DNA of 64,000 nt from Hyphomicrobiales bacterium (GCA_004144595.1 SEEM01000012.1:14680-78679), one strand, 5' to 3'. Positions 40,151 through 50,491 are shown, numbered from the stretch's first letter. Made by a program: numbers and translations. Notes: generated from the sequence alone by a model not told the origin.

Positions 40151-41488
40151 GTGCCGGAGCTGCCGATCGTGACTGCACCCGCCTCCTTGCGCGCCCTGCG
40201 CGGCCGCCTGCTCTGGTTCGTCGACGATCCCGAGACTGCGGGTGAGTCGGCGCATCGCTACGTCGCCGACGGTTTGCTCGTCATCGAGAACGGGCGGGTC
40301 AAGGCGGCGGGCGAGGCGCAGGATTTGCTGCGAACGCTGCCGGCCATTGCCGAGATCGTCGACCACCGTCCGCACCTGATCATGCCAGGATTCATCGACG
40401 CCCATATCCACATGCCGCAGACTCAAGTTCTCGCCTCCTATGGCGCCCAGCTCATGGAGTGGCTGAACACATACACCTTCGTCGAGGAGCAGAAGCTTAG
40501 CCACCAGGGCCATGCCGAGAAGCTCTCGCGTTTTTTCCTCGATGAGCTTCTGGCCAATGGAACGACTACGGCGGCGGTCTATTGTTCGGTGCATCCGCAA
40601 TCGGCCGAGGCGTTCTTCAGGGAATCGCAGCGCCGCAACACCCGCATGATCGCCGGCAAGGTTATGATGGACCGCAACGCGCCGGAAGCGCTGACCGACA
40701 CGGCCGAGAGCAGCTATCGCGATTCGAAGGCGCTGATCGCGCGCTGGCATGGCAACGGCCGGCAGCTCTATGCGATCACGCCTCGGTTCGCGATCACCTC
40801 GACGCCGGAGCAACTGGCAGCGGCAGGACAGCTCGCGGCCGAGCACCCCGACTGCCATGTCCAGACGCATATCGACGAGAACCGGGCCGAGATCGCCTTT
40901 GCCCGAGAGCTCTACCCCGAGGCGGCGGATTACGCCGATATCTATCGACGCTACGGCCTGCTGGGGGCGAAGAGCCTGATGGGCCACTGCATCCACATGA
41001 CCCATAACGAGTGGCAGGCTTTCGCCGAGACCGGCGCGGTCGCGGTGTTCTGCCCGACCTCGAACCTCTTCCTCGGCTCAGGCCTGTTCGACTGGGCCCA
41101 TGCCCGCCAACGCGGCGTCAAGGTCGCGGTCGCGACCGATATCGGCGGCGGCACGTCCTATTCGATGCTCAGGACGATGGCCGAGGCCTACAAGGTGCTG
41201 CAATTGCAGGGGCAGTCGCTCTCGGCCTTCGCAGCATTGCATGCGATCACACGCGGCAATGCGGTTGCGCTCGGCCTTGATCATCTGATCGGGAGCTTCG
41301 AACCCGGCCGCGAGGCGGATGTCGTCGTGCTCGATACGGCCGCGAAGCGGGCGATGGCGCATCGCATGGAGACGGTGCGCGATCTCGCGGAGGAGCTGTT
41401 CGTGCTCGTCACGCTCGGCGACGACCGCAATGTCGCCGCGACCTATGTGATGGGAGAGCGGGCGGAAAGATCCGAAAGCGCCGCTTAG
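40151..41488 (+). CDS. guaD: Guanine deaminase
   Basis: PGFIDAHIHMPQ, YAITPRFAIT, CPTSNLFLGSG and TDIGGGT motifs; divergent from xdhA. Confidence 0.94.
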   Translation: MPELPIVTAPASLRALRGRLLWFVDDPETAGESAHRYVADGLLVIENGRVKAAGEAQDLLRTLPAIAEIVDHRPHLIMPGFIDAHIHMPQTQVLASYGAQLMEWLNTYTFVEEQKLSHQGHAEKLSRFFLDELLANGTTTAAVYCSVHPQSAEAFFRESQRRNTRMIAGKVMMDRNAPEALTDTAESSYRDSKALIARWHGNGRQLYAITPRFAITSTPEQLAAAGQLAAEHPDCHVQTHIDENRAEIAFARELYPEAADYADIYRRYGLLGAKSLMGHCIHMTHNEWQAFAETGAVAVFCPTSNLFLGSGLFDWAHARQRGVKVAVATDIGGGTSYSMLRTMAEAYKVLQLQGQSLSAFAALHAITRGNAVALGLDHLIGSFEPGREADVVVLDTAAKRAMAHRMETVRDLAEELFVLVTLGDDRNVAATYVMGERAERSESAA

Positions 41489-41495
41489 CGCCAAC

Positions 41496-41588
41496 CGTCA
41501 TGGTCGGGCTTGTCCCGACCATCCACGTCTTCGCCCATCAAAAGCAGCGTTCAAGACGTGGATGCTCGCCACAAAGGCGAGCATGACG
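41496..41588. repeat. CGTC-type REP doublet
   Basis: CGTCATGGTCGGGCTTGTCCCGACCATCCACGTCTT...AAGACGTGGATGCTCGCCACAAAGGCGAGCATGACG, between convergent guaD and dat. Confidence 0.9.
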
Positions 41589-41609
41589 CCATTGAATTGG
41601 CCGCTGGTC

Positions 41610-42467
41610 TCAGCCCAGAACGCCGCCCTTGCGGGCGTAGTCGATATAGATCTCGCGCAGGCGCAGCGCGGTCGGGCCGGGCGCGCCGTTATGGATCGTG
41701 TGGCCGTCGATCGTGGTCACCGGCATCACGAGGCTGGTCGCCGAGGTGATGAAGGCCTCCTCGGCGTCGAGCGCCTCTTCCAGCGTGAATTCGCGCTCCT
41801 CGAAGCTGAAGCCGGCCTCCGCGAGATAGGCCAGCACCGCCTTGCGGGTGATGCCGGGCAGGACCTTGTTGGAGAGCGGGCGCGAGATCAGCGTCTTGCC
41901 CTTGACGATCCAGGCTGTCGACGAGGCGCCCTCGGTCACCACGCCGTCTTCGATCAACCAGGCTTCCTGCGCGCCGCTTTCAAGGGCGAACTGCTTGGCC
42001 AGCACGGGGGCGAGCAGGTTGACGCTCTTGATGTCGCGCCGCGCCCAGCGCAGGTCCGGCGTCGAGACGACCTTGATGCCGGTCTTGGCACCTGGCGCGT
42101 TCACGAAGTTGCGGGCCTGGGTGAACATCACCAGCGTCGGCTGGACATCCTTTGGGAAGGGGAAGTCGCGATCGGCCGCGCCGCGCGAGACCTGCAGGTA
42201 GATGCCGCCCTCGTCGAGGTTGTTCCGCTTGATCAGCTCCTCATGGATCGCGACCAGCTCGACCTTTGACCAGGGCAGGCCGAGCCGGATTTCGCCGCAG
42301 GAGCGCTCGAGGCGTGCGAGATGCGCCTCGCAATCGACGAGCTTGCCGCCGATCACGGCCGAAACCTCGTAGATGCCGTCGCCGAAAATGAAGCCGCGGT
42401 CGAAAACGGAGATATTGGCCTCTTCCTCGGGAAGATAGGCGCCATTGACGTAGACGATGCGGCTCAT
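41610..42467 (-). CDS. dat: D-amino acid transaminase (PLP fold IV)
   Basis: DRGFIFGDGIYEV, HLARL, RRDIKSVNLL and LPGITR motifs. Confidence 0.88.
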   Translation of the reverse strand: MSRIVYVNGAYLPEEEANISVFDRGFIFGDGIYEVSAVIGGKLVDCEAHLARLERSCGEIRLGLPWSKVELVAIHEELIKRNNLDEGGIYLQVSRGAADRDFPFPKDVQPTLVMFTQARNFVNAPGAKTGIKVVSTPDLRWARRDIKSVNLLAPVLAKQFALESGAQEAWLIEDGVVTEGASSTAWIVKGKTLISRPLSNKVLPGITRKAVLAYLAEAGFSFEEREFTLEEALDAEEAFITSATSLVMPVTTIDGHTIHNGAPGPTALRLREIYIDYARKGGVLG

Positions 42468-42579
42468 CGATGCGGACTCGCTGATTGGAAGGGAACGCCG
42501 CTCCTTCCTAGCGAAGCCCGGCGCCGGTTGCGAGCCTCAAGGTGGGGAAACGGCCCGGCGTCTGGCGCAGGGCCGGAAC

Positions 42580-44175
42580 TCAGGCCTTCAGGCTCAAAAA
42601 CCGGGTCGGGATCGCGCCGCGCAGGTTCTGCTCGAAGCCGGAGAGCTTCGGCGAGACCAGGTTTTTGGTCGAGTAGTGTAGCACCGGAATCCAGGGCTCC
42701 TCGCGAATGACGATGCTGTCGGCTTCGCGCAGGATCGCGGCGCGTCGAGCGAGGTCGAGTTCTTCCGCCGCGAGCTTCATCAGCGCGTCGAATTGCGGGT
42801 TCCGGTATTTGCCGATGTTGAAGCCGGCATTGTCGCTTTCGAACAGGAACAGGAAGTTTTGCGGATCGGAATAATCGCCGACCCAGCCATAGCGGGCGAC
42901 GTCGAAATCGCCGCCGTCGCGCAGATAGGCGAAATGCGTGCGAAAATCGGTCTGGACGAAGCGGGTCTCGACGCCGATCGCGCGCCATTGCTCGGCGATC
43001 GCTTCGGCCGTGCGGCGGTTGTTGTCGGTGGTGTTGAAGCGGAATTCGACCTGAAGCGGCACGCTGCCGAACCCGGCCGCGGCGAGCAGGCGCCTGGCCT
43101 CGTCCTCGCGCTCCAGCACCGAGGCATGGCGGAAATCGAGTTCGGCCCGCTCGCCGTAGTTGCCGATATGCGGGGGGATTACGCCATAGGCCGGCAGCAT
43201 CGTGCCGCCCCAGATCCGGTCGGCGATGAATTCGCGATCGATCTGCAGCGAGAGCGCCCGCCTGACACGCTCGTCGTCGAAGGGTGCCTTGGCGCTGTTG
43301 ATGATCAGGAAATAGGTCGCGAGATAGGGGCCGATCTGGACCTGGTCGCCAAGCTTGTCCTTCAGGCTCTTGAACTGGTCGGCCGGGATGTCGGTGGTGA
43401 GGTGCAACTCCCCGGCCTGGAAGCGCCGCGCCGCAGCCGCCAGGTCCGAGGCCGGATAGAAGATCACCGTATCGATCTTGACGTCCGCAGCCGCATGGAA
43501 ATGCGGGTTGCGGTCGAGCCGGATATGCGAATTCGGCGCCAGCTCCCTGAGCATATAGGGGCCGTTGGTGATCCAGCTCTCCGCCCGGGCCGGATCCTGC
43601 GTCGCCCTGGCCACGCTGGCAGGATGCACGGGCAGCGCGCTCTGATGGGTCAGCAGTTCGAGGAGATAGGGCGTCGGCTGCTCCAGCGTGATCTCCAGCG
43701 TGTTCTCGTCGGGAGCGCTGACGCCGAGCGTCTCCAGCGAGGAGCCGGTGGTCGCCTTGTGAATCGCCTGGGCATTGCGGATCGGGAAGAGCAGGTTGGC
43801 GTATTTGGCGCCGGTTTCCGGATCGATGATGCGGCGGAAGGAATAGACGAAATCCGAGGCTTTCACCGGGTCGCCATTGGACCATCTGGCATTGCCGCGG
43901 AGCTTGAAGCGCCAGGTCTTGCCGTCCGGACTCATCGTCCAGCTCTCGGCGACGCCGGGCACGACCTCACCCTTCATATCATGGATGACGAGGCCTTCAC
44001 GCAGATCGCGCAGCAGATGCGCTTCCGCGACGGTGGAGGTCTTGTGCGGATCGAGCGTCTCCGGGTCGCTGTCATTGCCGCGATGGAAGACGATGCGTCC
44101 CTGGGCGGCGGCGCGCGTCGCGGCCAGGATGGCGGCGAGCGCGAAAGGGGCGCAGCGGCGCGTGACGTCGAGCAT
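42580..44175 (-). CDS. Oligopeptide ABC substrate-binding protein (OppA-like)
   Basis: DPETLDPH, WSNGDPVKASDF, NGPY and RYGWVGDY motifs; start MLDVTRR preceded by AGGGAGG. Confidence 0.9.
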   Translation of the reverse strand: MLDVTRRCAPFALAAILAATRAAAQGRIVFHRGNDSDPETLDPHKTSTVAEAHLLRDLREGLVIHDMKGEVVPGVAESWTMSPDGKTWRFKLRGNARWSNGDPVKASDFVYSFRRIIDPETGAKYANLLFPIRNAQAIHKATTGSSLETLGVSAPDENTLEITLEQPTPYLLELLTHQSALPVHPASVARATQDPARAESWITNGPYMLRELAPNSHIRLDRNPHFHAAADVKIDTVIFYPASDLAAAARRFQAGELHLTTDIPADQFKSLKDKLGDQVQIGPYLATYFLIINSAKAPFDDERVRRALSLQIDREFIADRIWGGTMLPAYGVIPPHIGNYGERAELDFRHASVLEREDEARRLLAAAGFGSVPLQVEFRFNTTDNNRRTAEAIAEQWRAIGVETRFVQTDFRTHFAYLRDGGDFDVARYGWVGDYSDPQNFLFLFESDNAGFNIGKYRNPQFDALMKLAAEELDLARRAAILREADSIVIREEPWIPVLHYSTKNLVSPKLSGFEQNLRGAIPTRFLSLKA

Positions 44176-44318
44176 GGCAACCTCCCTCGCGTCGGGCATC
44201 GTTGCGAGCGATGCCCGACTTGAAGGAATTAGAGCCTGCCGGATTGAGTCTGCCAAGCGCGAAAACGACGGCGGAGCCGCGGTTTTCGCCGCTCGATTGT
44301 CAGGAGTTGGCCACAGGC

Positions 44319-46619
44319 CTACTTGCCGGCCGCAGCCGCCGCGCTCTCCTGCGCCTCGACCACCGCGACGGCGGTCATGTTGACCACCCCGCGCGCCGTC
44401 ACCGACCCGGTGAGAATATGCGCAGGCTTGGCGGTACCGATCAGGATCGGGCCGACCGGCAGCGCATCGGCCATCACCTTGGCGAACTGGTAGGAGATGT
44501 TGGCGGCGTCGAGATTGGGGAAAATCAGGACGTTCGCCATCTCCTTCAGCGTCGACGAGGGCAGGACGCGCTCGCGGATCAGCGGCATGAGGGCGGTATC
44601 GGCCTCCATCTCGCCGTCGCATTCGAGATGCGGAGCCCGCTCGCGGATGAGCTTCAAAGCCTTGCGCATCTTGAGCGAGGAGGGCGTGTCGGCCGCGCCG
44701 AAATCGGAATGCGAGAGCAGGGCGATCTTCGGATCGATGCCGAAACGCTGCACATGGCTCGCGGCCAGCACGGTCATGTCGGCGATCTCCTCCGCCGTCG
44801 GATCATGCTTCACATGGGTATCCGAAAGGAAGAAGGCGCCCTTGTTGGTGATGATCAGTGTCATCGCCGCAAGGTCGCAGACTCCCGGCGCCAGGCCGAT
44901 GATGTCCTTGATGTGCCGCAGGCGCGACATGAACCGGCCTTCGAGGCCCGAGATCATCGCATCGGCCTCGCCGCGGGCGACGGCGAGCGCCGCGATCACG
45001 GTGTTGTTGGTGCGCACCAGCGAGCGCGCAGCCTCCGGCGTGATGCCGCGCCGGCCGGCGATGTCGAGATAGGTCTGGACATAATCGCGATAGCGCGGAT
45101 CGTCCTCGGGGTTCACCACCTCGAAATCGACGCCGGGCTTGAGCGAAAGTCCGAAACGCTGGATGCGGGTCTCGATCACGCTCGGGCGGCCGATCAGGAT
45201 CGGAATGGCGAGCCCTTCCTCCAGCGCGACCTGGGCGGCGCGCAGCACGCGCTCGTCCTCGCCCTCGGCATAGATCACGCGCTTGGGATCGGCCTTCGCC
45301 TTCTGGAACAGCGGCTTCATCAGGAAGCCGGAGCGGAAGACGAAGCGCGAGAGCTGCTCGCGATAGGCCTCGACGTCGATCAGCGGTTTGCGGGCGACGC
45401 CGGTTGCCATCGCAGCCTCCGCGACGGCAGGCGCGATGCGCATGATCAGGCGCGGATCGAACGGGTTCGGGATCAGCGAGGTCGCGCCGAACGTCGAGGC
45501 TTCGCCGCCATAGGCGCGCGCCGCGATGTCGGAGGTGGCCTCGCGCGCGAGCGAGGCGATGGCGCGCACGGCGGCGAGCTTCATCGCCTCGTTGATCGTC
45601 GTCGCCTGCACGTCGAGCGCGCCCCGGAAGATATAGGGGAAGCACAGGACGTTGTTGACCTGGTTCGGATAGTCCGAGCGGCCGGTGCAGATCATCGCGT
45701 CGGGGCGCACGGCAAGCGCGTCTTCCGGCGTGATCTCGGGATTGGGGTTGGCGAGCGCCAGGATCAGCGGCTTGGGGCCCATCTGCTTGGCCATCTCGGG
45801 CTTGAGCACGCCGGCGGCGGAGAGGCCGAGGAAGACGTCGGCGCCGCCGATCACCTCGCCGAGCGTCCGAGCGTCGGTCTCCTGCGCATAGACCTCCTTC
45901 CAGCGGTCCATCAGGGTGTTGCGGCCCTTGTAGACCACGCCGTCGAGATCGGTGAGCCAGATGTTCTTGATGCTGGCGCCGAGCTCGACCAGCAGATTGG
46001 TGCAGGCGAGCGCCGCCGCGCCCGCGCCGGAGACGACGATCTTGACGTCGGCGATCTTCTTTCCCGCGAGGTCGAGCCCGTTCAGGACGGCGGCCGAGAC
46101 GATGATCGCCGTGCCGTGCTGGTCGTCATGGAAGACCGGGATGTTCATCCGGGCCTTGAGTTGCTCCTCGATCTCGAAGCATTCCGGCCCCTTGATGTCC
46201 TCGAGATTGATGCCGCCGAAGGTCGGCTCCAGCGCCGCGACGACCTCGACGAATTTCTCGATGTTCTTCTGCTCGACCTCGATGTCGAAGCAGTCGATGC
46301 CCGCGAATTTCTTGAAGAGGACGGCCTTGCCCTCCATCACCGGCTTGGAGGCGAGCGGCCCGATATCGCCGAGGCCGAGAACGGCCGTGCCGTTGGTGAT
46401 GACGGCGACGAGATTCTGGCGCGAGGTCAGCTCGGCCGCTTCCGAGGGATCGTCGACGATCGCCTCGCAGGCGGCGGCGACGCCAGGGGAATAGGCCAGC
46501 GCCAGATCGCGCTGGTTGCCGAGCGGCTTGGTCGCCTGGATCTCGATCTTACCGGGGCGGGGCTGGCGGTGATAGACGAGCGCGCCCGAGCGCAGATCGG
46601 TGGAGAGCGTGCTTTTCAT
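44319..46619 (-). CDS. maeB: NAD(P)-dependent malic enzyme with PTA domain (Dme/MaeB type)
   Basis: LAYSPGV, KPVMEGK, FHDDQHGTA and GAGAA motifs; C-terminal phosphotransacetylase-like domain. Confidence 0.93.
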   Translation of the reverse strand: MKSTLSTDLRSGALVYHRQPRPGKIEIQATKPLGNQRDLALAYSPGVAAACEAIVDDPSEAAELTSRQNLVAVITNGTAVLGLGDIGPLASKPVMEGKAVLFKKFAGIDCFDIEVEQKNIEKFVEVVAALEPTFGGINLEDIKGPECFEIEEQLKARMNIPVFHDDQHGTAIIVSAAVLNGLDLAGKKIADVKIVVSGAGAAALACTNLLVELGASIKNIWLTDLDGVVYKGRNTLMDRWKEVYAQETDARTLGEVIGGADVFLGLSAAGVLKPEMAKQMGPKPLILALANPNPEITPEDALAVRPDAMICTGRSDYPNQVNNVLCFPYIFRGALDVQATTINEAMKLAAVRAIASLAREATSDIAARAYGGEASTFGATSLIPNPFDPRLIMRIAPAVAEAAMATGVARKPLIDVEAYREQLSRFVFRSGFLMKPLFQKAKADPKRVIYAEGEDERVLRAAQVALEEGLAIPILIGRPSVIETRIQRFGLSLKPGVDFEVVNPEDDPRYRDYVQTYLDIAGRRGITPEAARSLVRTNNTVIAALAVARGEADAMISGLEGRFMSRLRHIKDIIGLAPGVCDLAAMTLIITNKGAFFLSDTHVKHDPTAEEIADMTVLAASHVQRFGIDPKIALLSHSDFGAADTPSSLKMRKALKLIRERAPHLECDGEMEADTALMPLIRERVLPSSTLKEMANVLIFPNLDAANISYQFAKVMADALPVGPILIGTAKPAHILTGSVTARGVVNMTAVAVVEAQESAAAAAGK

Positions 46620-46846
46620 CGGTGGCGACCCCAGCATCTGGAGCAAGGGAGGTCGCGCGGAAACGCGGCGGCGTCAAGCCTTGGAATACCCCTAATCCGC
46701 AAGGCGGCCGGCGTCGCGGAAGCCGCGCTTCGGCTGAACCGTTTGAAATTGAATCAGTCTCTGAAGGGCATGAAGTGCCGTCTCAACCAGCGGCGCCAAG
46801 CGATTCTCGCGACTCGGAAATTCGTCGTGAAGACGGAGCCTTCCGA

Positions 46847-47083
46847 TCAGAACGCCTTGAAGGTGATGATCGTGTGCGTGTCGGCGATCTCGGGGATCGA
46901 CTGCACCTTCTGCGCGACGAAATGGCCGATATCGACGTCGGCCGCGACGTGAAATTTGGCCAGGATGTCGTAATTGCCGGCGGTCGAGTAGATCTCGGAG
47001 GCGATCTCGCGATCGGCCAGTTCGCTGGCGACCTCGTAGGTCTTGCCGAGCTTGCATTTGATCTCGACGAAGAAGGTCTGCAT
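46847..47083 (-). CDS. Stand-alone Lrp/AsnC ligand-binding (RAM) domain protein
   Basis: 78 aa with YSTAGNYDIL and THTI motifs; no HTH. Confidence 0.85.
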   Translation of the reverse strand: MQTFFVEIKCKLGKTYEVASELADREIASEIYSTAGNYDILAKFHVAADVDIGHFVAQKVQSIPEIADTHTIITFKAF

Positions 47084-47136
47084 CGCGCGCTCCGAAACTC
47101 TGATGCGGTCTGGATAGAACCCCTGCAGTGGAAAGA

Positions 47137-47961
47137 TCAAGCGCCTGCGAGCGCCGCGATCCGCCGTGTCATCGCGTTCTCGGGGTCGGTCAGCCCGGCG
47201 ATGACGGTGAAATGGTTGGCGCCGGCGATCTCCTCATAGCGCGTCGCCACGCCCTCCAGCCCCCAGACATCGACGAGCTGGCGGCTCTGCCTGTGATACT
47301 CGTCGCTCTCGGCGCCGCCGACCACGGCATCCATGGTCAGGCGTGAAGGCGCCGGCCAGAACAGGGGGCTCTCCAGTTCCGCGGCGGCAAGGTCGAGATT
47401 CAGCGCCTTGTTGATGCTGGTCTCGGTGAGGGGCTTCAGATTGTAGAGCCCGGAGATGCCGTAGGCGGCCGGCACGAGCTGGTCCGGCAAGTCGGGGTCG
47501 ACATTCTTCCAGTCGGTTGCGAGCGTGCAGGCGCTGAGATGGCCGCCGGCGGAATGCCCTGTCGCGATCACCGGCAGGCCGAAGCGCCGCCACAGCGCCG
47601 CCGCCGCCTGCTGCAATTCCCAAACGATGTGGCCGAGATGGACCTGCGGGCAGAGATCGTAGCCTACGACCGCGACCGGCAGGCCGAGCCGGTTCAGCCC
47701 GCGTGCCATATGCGAGAAATAGCCGCGGTCGAGCGCTTGCCAGTAGCCGCCATGGATGAACATCACCAGCGCGTTGCCCCGGATCGTCTGCGGCTTGAAA
47801 AGGTCGTAGGCCTGGCGCTCGCCCTCGCCATAGGAAACATTCAGCTCGCAGAGCGCTTCGTCGCGATAGGCGGCGGCGTCCGTCTGCCAGCCGGCGATGA
47901 TGCCGGGATGTTCCGGCACGCGGGCGCGGTTGTTGTATTCGGTCTCGTAGTCCGGCGACAT
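47137..47961 (-). CDS. Alpha/beta hydrolase (arylformamidase-like)
   Basis: EYNNRARV, FIHGGYWQ, GHSAGGH and NHF motifs. Confidence 0.85.
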   Translation of the reverse strand: MSPDYETEYNNRARVPEHPGIIAGWQTDAAAYRDEALCELNVSYGEGERQAYDLFKPQTIRGNALVMFIHGGYWQALDRGYFSHMARGLNRLGLPVAVVGYDLCPQVHLGHIVWELQQAAAALWRRFGLPVIATGHSAGGHLSACTLATDWKNVDPDLPDQLVPAAYGISGLYNLKPLTETSINKALNLDLAAAELESPLFWPAPSRLTMDAVVGGAESDEYHRQSRQLVDVWGLEGVATRYEEIAGANHFTVIAGLTDPENAMTRRIAALAGA

Positions 47962-48117
47962 CGGTGTTCCATCGCTGAAGGGCGCGGTTTGCTGGGCCTC
48001 ACCGTGGCAGCCCGGTACGGTTCGCGCCAGAGCTTTTGACATGATGGGGCGCCGGCGCCAAAAGGCGGCAAGCCCGCGATAAGGCAGGCGATATTCATGA
48101 CAGTCTGGGAGGTCGCC

Positions 48118-49113
48118 ATGGAAAACCCTGTCCTTGCCGAGGTTACGCGCGGCAATGTCGTCGAATCCAGCCATCGCGGCGCGGCGATCGTCGTCGATGC
48201 CGATGGCGGCGTGGTCTTCTCGGCGGGCGATGTCGAGCGCGCGGTCTTCCCGCGCTCGGCGGTCAAGGCGATCCAGGGCCTGCCGCTGATCGAGAGCGGT
48301 GCCGCCGATCGCTATGGGCTGACCGAGGCCGAGATCGCGCTCGCCGTCTCCTCGCATTCCGGCGAGCCGCTTCATGCGCAGACCTCGCTGGCGATGCTGA
48401 AAAAGGCCGGCCGCGATGTCGGCTGCCTCGAATGCGGCGCGCATTGGCCCTCGAACGATCTCGTCTCGCGCGCCCTCGCCAAGTCGGGCGCCGAGCCGAG
48501 CGCCCTCAACAACAACTGCTCGGGCAAGCATGCCGGCTTCGTCTGCCTGTCCTGCAACATGGACGAGGACCCGGCCGGCTATGTGAAGGCCACCCATCCC
48601 GTCCAGCAGGCCGTGCGCGGCGCGCTGGAGGCCGTGACCGGCGCTGCGCATAGCGCCGATCGCATGGGTATCGACGGCTGCTCGATCCCGTCCTACGCCG
48701 TGCCGCTCTCAGCGTTGGCCTTGGGCTTCGCCCGGTTTGGCACCGGCCACGGTTTCGGGCCGGAGCGGGCAAAGGCGGCGGCGCGCATCCGGGCTGCGGC
48801 TGCGGCGCATCCCTTCATGGTCGCCGGCACGGGCCGCTACGACACCCGCCTGATGAACCTGCTCGGCGCGCGCGCCTTCACCAAGACCGGGGCCGAGGGC
48901 GTCTATTGCGCCGCCCTGCCGGAGCTGGGCTATGGCATTGCCCTGAAATGCGACGATGGGGCCGGCCGCGCCGCCGAGGTCGCGCTCGGCGCGCTGATCG
49001 CGCGCTTCCTGCCGATGGACGACGCGACGCAGGCCGCTTTCGCGCCGCTGCGCGAGACAGTGCTAAAGAACTGGAATGGCATCGAGGTCGGCCGCATCCG
49101 CGCGCCGGCCTAA
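48118..49113 (+). CDS. L-asparaginase II family protein
   Basis: VESSHRG, PRSAVK, SHSGE, NCSGKH, DGC and KTGAEG motifs. Confidence 0.92.
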   Translation: MENPVLAEVTRGNVVESSHRGAAIVVDADGGVVFSAGDVERAVFPRSAVKAIQGLPLIESGAADRYGLTEAEIALAVSSHSGEPLHAQTSLAMLKKAGRDVGCLECGAHWPSNDLVSRALAKSGAEPSALNNNCSGKHAGFVCLSCNMDEDPAGYVKATHPVQQAVRGALEAVTGAAHSADRMGIDGCSIPSYAVPLSALALGFARFGTGHGFGPERAKAAARIRAAAAAHPFMVAGTGRYDTRLMNLLGARAFTKTGAEGVYCAALPELGYGIALKCDDGAGRAAEVALGALIARFLPMDDATQAAFAPLRETVLKNWNGIEVGRIRAPA

Positions 49114-49120
49114 CGCCCCT

Positions 49121-50491
49121 TCAACGCACCGCGTTGTTCGCGACCATGACCCCCGAGGCCCTGGCATCGGGGGCCTTCGTCAGGTCGCCGGTGACCGGCT
49201 TGCCGTATTCGGTGCCGATCACGGCGCCGTCGCGCGCCTCGGCTATGACGTTGTTGGCGATCAGCGCGTTGCGCTCCTTCGGGACGAGCGAGACGGAGAT
49301 GCCGATCGCGGTCTTGCGGATGACGTTGCCGGTCGCGGCGAGGTTGCGCATGCCCCAGGACCAGCCGAGCGCGATGCCGACATCGCTGACATCCTCGATG
49401 ACATTGCCGGTGATCGCAGCTTCCGCCTCGACATGGATGCCGAAGCCGCCGACCGGATCCTTGGTATAGGGCATGCTGGCTCGTCTGATTCGGCGGATGA
49501 TGTTGTTGGCGCAGACCGCCAGGCGCCCGCCATGGTCGAGATTGGTCATGGTGGCGCCGGCCGCACAGTCCTCGACGAGGTTGTTGGCAATGATCGCACC
49601 TTCGAAGGCGAACTCGCTGTAAAGCCCGACCTCGCCGCACCGCCGCCCCTGATTGCCGAGCATCTGGACTCCGGAGCCGGAGTTGTTGCGGATGAAGGTC
49701 ATCGCGCAGTCGCGGATCTGGTTGCCCTCGATGATGACGCCGCCGGCGCGGTAGACGCTGATGCCGTTGCCGTTCTGCCCGCTGCCGCCGCCATCGGTGC
49801 GGATTCGGAAGACATGATTGCCGCGGACGATCGAGCCGTCGTCGCCGGGCTGGTTGCGCCAGACCTGGATGCCGTTATTGCCGCAGTCCTCGACCCGGTT
49901 CTGGTCGATGGTGAGACCCTTGGAATCGATTGCGAACAGCGCGGCATCCCGCATGCCGCCGAAGCGGTTGGCCGAAACGCGCCCGCCGCAGCGATCGAGC
50001 GTCAGTCCGACCGAGCCGGCCTTGGTAAAGGCGCAGCCGGAGACCGTGAGCTCCCCGACGTTCTCTGCCGCCAGCAATCCGCTGCGTTGTGCCGCCGGGA
50101 TGTCGAGCCCGTCGAAGCTCAGGCCGGTCAGTTCTGCCCTGCCGAGATTACGGGCGATAAGCACGGGCTGGCCGCTGGCCGTCACGAGATGGGTTTCCCC
50201 GGGCACGCCGACGACCCGGGCGTTCTCGGGCAGGGCGATGCCGCCGATCCGATAGCGGCCGGGCGGCAGGAGCAGCGGCGCGCCGCGCGCTGCGGCCTGC
50301 TTCAGGGCCGCCTGCATCTGCCGCGATTGATCCTCCGTGGCGCCGGGGCGCAAACCGAACTGGCTCGCATCCAATCCGAGATGGCCGAGCGGACCGGCTG
50401 GTGTCGCGCGCGATTGCGCATGGGCGGGCAGAACGACTGATGCCGTGCCGAAAAGGCCCATCGCCAGCACGCCGCGTCGGGAAAGCACCAT
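49121..50491 (-). CDS. TIGR03808-type Tat-exported beta-helix repeat protein
   Basis: SRRGVL Tat motif, GQNGNGI and LYSEFAFEGA motifs, repeated (I/V)xGNxI units. Confidence 0.82.
   Translation of the reverse strand: MVLSRRGVLAMGLFGTASVVLPAHAQSRATPAGPLGHLGLDASQFGLRPGATEDQSRQMQAALKQAAARGAPLLLPPGRYRIGGIALPENARVVGVPGETHLVTASGQPVLIARNLGRAELTGLSFDGLDIPAAQRSGLLAAENVGELTVSGCAFTKAGSVGLTLDRCGGRVSANRFGGMRDAALFAIDSKGLTIDQNRVEDCGNNGIQVWRNQPGDDGSIVRGNHVFRIRTDGGGSGQNGNGISVYRAGGVIIEGNQIRDCAMTFIRNNSGSGVQMLGNQGRRCGEVGLYSEFAFEGAIIANNLVEDCAAGATMTNLDHGGRLAVCANNIIRRIRRASMPYTKDPVGGFGIHVEAEAAITGNVIEDVSDVGIALGWSWGMRNLAATGNVIRKTAIGISVSLVPKERNALIANNVIAEARDGAVIGTEYGKPVTGDLTKAPDARASGVMVANNAVR

Noticed and set aside
36130-46952. 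Long antisense ORFs opposite xdhB (760 aa), OppA (476 aa) and maeB (916 aa)
   Set aside because: Mirror frames caused by high-GC codon bias; the opposite strand has clear family motifs
42580-48651. Long N-terminal extensions of the OppA (680 aa) and hydrolase (504 aa) ORFs suggesting fusions
   Set aside because: The extensions overlap maeB and the asparaginase gene; better starts exist at 44175 and 47961
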